From assembly GCA_000166095.1 (NCBI GenBank), contig CP002278.1:420001-452000 (forward strand): a DNA stretch of 32,000 nt, given 5' to 3'. Numbering within the stretch: position 1 is the first letter of the stretch; the number at the start of each line of letters is the position of its first letter. This DNA is from Methanothermus fervidus DSM 2088. Its GTDB lineage: Archaea > Methanobacteriota > Methanobacteria > DSM-2088 > Methanothermaceae. Below, in pieces: positions 30,137 through 32,000 of the stretch. A program made the position numbers and the translations under genes. The notes below the pieces were generated by a model. The model searched no databases. It had not been told where the DNA came from and was given only the letters and a program-made list of their open reading frames with translations.

Positions 30137-30192
30137 TAATGATGAATTTGGCCACTTCTGATTTTCAATGATGAAAAGGCTAGACTCTGAAT
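30137..30192 (+). ncRNA. C/D box sRNA (2'-O-methylation guide), in the gar1-nmd3 intergenic region / nmd3 leader
   Basis: C box ATGATGA 30139-30145; 12-nt guide ATTTGGCCACTT; D' box CTGA 30158-30161; 6-nt spacer TTTTCA; C' box ATGATGA 30168-30174; 12-nt guide AAAGGCTAGACT; D box CTGA 30187-30190. All four boxes are perfect consensus and both guides are 12 nt. Confidence 0.88.
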
Positions 30193-30208
30193 TTAGGAGG
30201 TTTTTACA

Positions 30209-31249
30209 TTGTTCTGCATTAAGTGTGGAAATTCTCAAGTTTTTAAAAATGGATTATGTGAAAAATGTTTTTATAGAGAATTCAAAATGGCTAATATTCC
30301 AGAAAAGATTGAAACAAAAATTTGTGTGCATTGTCATTCCCATTTAAAACAAAATAAATGGGTTGATATTGGGTTATCAAGAGAAGAGGTTGTTCGTAAA
30401 GTTATTTTAGACAAGATATCTTTCAATCCTAAAGTTAAAAATCCAAAAACTGAAATAGACATAATACAAAGAAAAGGCACTTTGTATAAGTGTTTGGTAA
30501 AGATAAAAGGTGAAGTTTTTGGTAAAAAATTGCAGAAAGAATATTATTGCAATGTTCATTTACGTAATTCTGTCTGTACTTATTGTAGTAGGCGTGCGTC
30601 TGGATACTATGAAGCAGTGATACAACTACGAGCTGATAAAAGAGACTTAAAAAATAAAGAAATTAAAAAAATAGAGAAGATAATTTCAAATACTTTAGAA
30701 TCATTATGGCCAAAAAATAGACTTGCTTATGTATCTAAAATTTCTAAATTAAAAGAAGGAGTTGATTATTATATAGGTTCTTATACTGCTGCAAGAAAAA
30801 TTGTGTCAGCCATAATGAATAATTTTGGCGGTATAATAGATGAATCTTCACGAGTTGTAGGTAGAGATAAGTCTAAAGGCAGGGAAATATGTAGATACTG
30901 GATTTTATTAAAACTTCCATTTATTGAGGAAAAAGATATCATTGAATATAAAAATAAAATTGGTCAGGTGAAATCTATTGATGGTAGAGGAATACTAGTA
31001 AAAATATTCGATAATAACAAACATGAAAAGATTCCTTGGAAAGAATATGATAAAATAAAGTTAAAAGCAAAGCATTCAGAAATAGAAACAACCACTGTAG
31101 TTTCTAAATCTTTAGATAAAATTCAAATATTAGATCCTAAAACCTTTCAACCTATAGATTTAGACATGAAATCATGGTTCCAAAATTTAAACATTGGAGA
31201 TGAAGTAAAAGTTATAAAAATTAATAAAAGGATTTACATAGTAGATTGA
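30209..31249 (+). CDS. nmd3: NMD3 family protein (TTG start)
   Basis: [111 protein letters not shown] 7-8 nt upstream. Confidence 0.93.
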   Translation: MFCIKCGNSQVFKNGLCEKCFYREFKMANIPEKIETKICVHCHSHLKQNKWVDIGLSREEVVRKVILDKISFNPKVKNPKTEIDIIQRKGTLYKCLVKIKGEVFGKKLQKEYYCNVHLRNSVCTYCSRRASGYYEAVIQLRADKRDLKNKEIKKIEKIISNTLESLWPKNRLAYVSKISKLKEGVDYYIGSYTAARKIVSAIMNNFGGIIDESSRVVGRDKSKGREICRYWILLKLPFIEEKDIIEYKNKIGQVKSIDGRGILVKIFDNNKHEKIPWKEYDKIKLKAKHSEIETTTVVSKSLDKIQILDPKTFQPIDLDMKSWFQNLNIGDEVKVIKINKRIYIVD

Positions 31250-31268
31250 CGCAACATATGGTGATTTC

Positions 31269-32000
31269 ATGAACAAACAACTTGAATTAGCTAAAAAAGG
31301 CACAGTGGAAATAATTACAATTGAAGAACTTAAAGAAGTCCTAAAAAAGAAAAATCCTGTGGCATATATAGGTTATGAACCTTCAGGAAAAATACATCTC
31401 GGACATTTAATTACCATAAAGAAGATGATAGATTTACAAAAAATTGGATTTAAAATTAAAATTCTTCTAGCAGATTATCATGCATATCTAAATTATAAAG
31501 GAGAGTTAGACGAAATTAGAGAAATTGCAGAATATAATAAGCGTTGTTTTTTAGCTATGGGATTATCTAAGGATACAGAGTTCATATTAGGTTCTGAGTT
31601 TCAAACAGATGATGATTATGTTTTAGATCTATATAGGTTAGCACATATAACTACCTTAAATAGAGCTAAAAGGAGTATGTCACAAATAATAAGAGAAGCT
31701 GGTGAACATAAAGTTTCTGAAGTGCTTTATCCATTAATGCAAGTTATTGACATGGTTCATTTGGGAGTAGACGTTTCAGTGGGAGGGATGGAACAAAGAA
31801 AAATTCATATGTTAGCTCGTGACAACTTACCAAAAATTGGATACACACCACCAGTGTGTATACACACACCTATAATCCATGGAACTGATGGATCAGAAAA
31901 AATGTCATCAAGTAAAGGGAACTTTATTGCTGTTGATGATCCACCTAAAGTTATAAAAGATAAAATAATGAAAAGTTATTGTCCAGCAGCTAAAATAGAT
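31269..32000 (+). CDS. tyrS: Tyrosyl-tRNA synthetase (partial, runs off the right window edge)
   Basis: Hand translation: [75 protein letters not shown]...[39 protein letters not shown]...[21 protein letters not shown] (class I HLGH and KMSSS). Confidence 0.95.
   Translation, partial: MNKQLELAKKGTVEIITIEELKEVLKKKNPVAYIGYEPSGKIHLGHLITIKKMIDLQKIGFKIKILLADYHAYLNYKGELDEIREIAEYNKRCFLAMGLSKDTEFILGSEFQTDDDYVLDLYRLAHITTLNRAKRSMSQIIREAGEHKVSEVLYPLMQVIDMVHLGVDVSVGGMEQRKIHMLARDNLPKIGYTPPVCIHTPIIHGTDGSEKMSSSKGNFIAVDDPPKVIKDKIMKSYCPAAKID

Noticed and set aside
1-32000. CRISPR arrays, transposases, integrases, prophage genes
   Set aside because: No regularly spaced direct repeats and no recognisable recombinase or phage proteins were seen; the only strong direct repeat is the tRNA-Val pair.

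Overview
AT-rich archaeal (euryarchaeal, probably Methanobacteriales-like) chromosomal window. Most of it is housekeeping information-processing genes in dense, often overlapping arrays. The minus strand carries the 3' part of a CobN-like secreted protein, a TatD-like hydrolase, rfcL, rfcS, argH, rps27ae, rps24e, a DUF359/dephospho-CoA-kinase-like gene, spt4, rpo7, ppa, a PIN-domain gene split by an apparent frameshift, eIF2-gamma, rps6e, infB, ndk, rpl24e, rps28e and rpl7ae. Two tandem tRNA-Val genes (TAC and CAC anticodons) follow, then a membrane-anchored Mrr-like protein, a TmcAL-like nucleotidyltransferase with a C-terminal HhH region, FKBP, methanogen-type SerRS, Pcc1, a CooC/MinD-like ATPase, Usp, an amidohydrolase, a Lon-like AAA+ protein without a protease domain, DnaG, a stand-alone Toprim protein, an RraA-like protein, TauE/SafE, a membrane protein, a GT2 + MJ1255-like glycosyltransferase fusion, TFB, Gar1, Nmd3 and partial TyrRS. 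The strongest non-coding signal is a textbook C/D box sRNA (C-12nt-D'-C'-12nt-D) between gar1 and nmd3, ending a few bases before the nmd3 Shine-Dalgarno, so it could be a guide RNA and/or a cis-regulatory L7Ae-binding leader. Other points worth checking are the PIN frameshift at a 7-nt homopolymer, the zinc-ribbon-containing protease-less Lon homolog beside dnaG, the archaeal TmcAL-like protein, a degenerate PP-loop-like protein and a 39-aa membrane microprotein. I see no CRISPR array, transposon or phage module. All family calls come from reading motifs; no database search was run.
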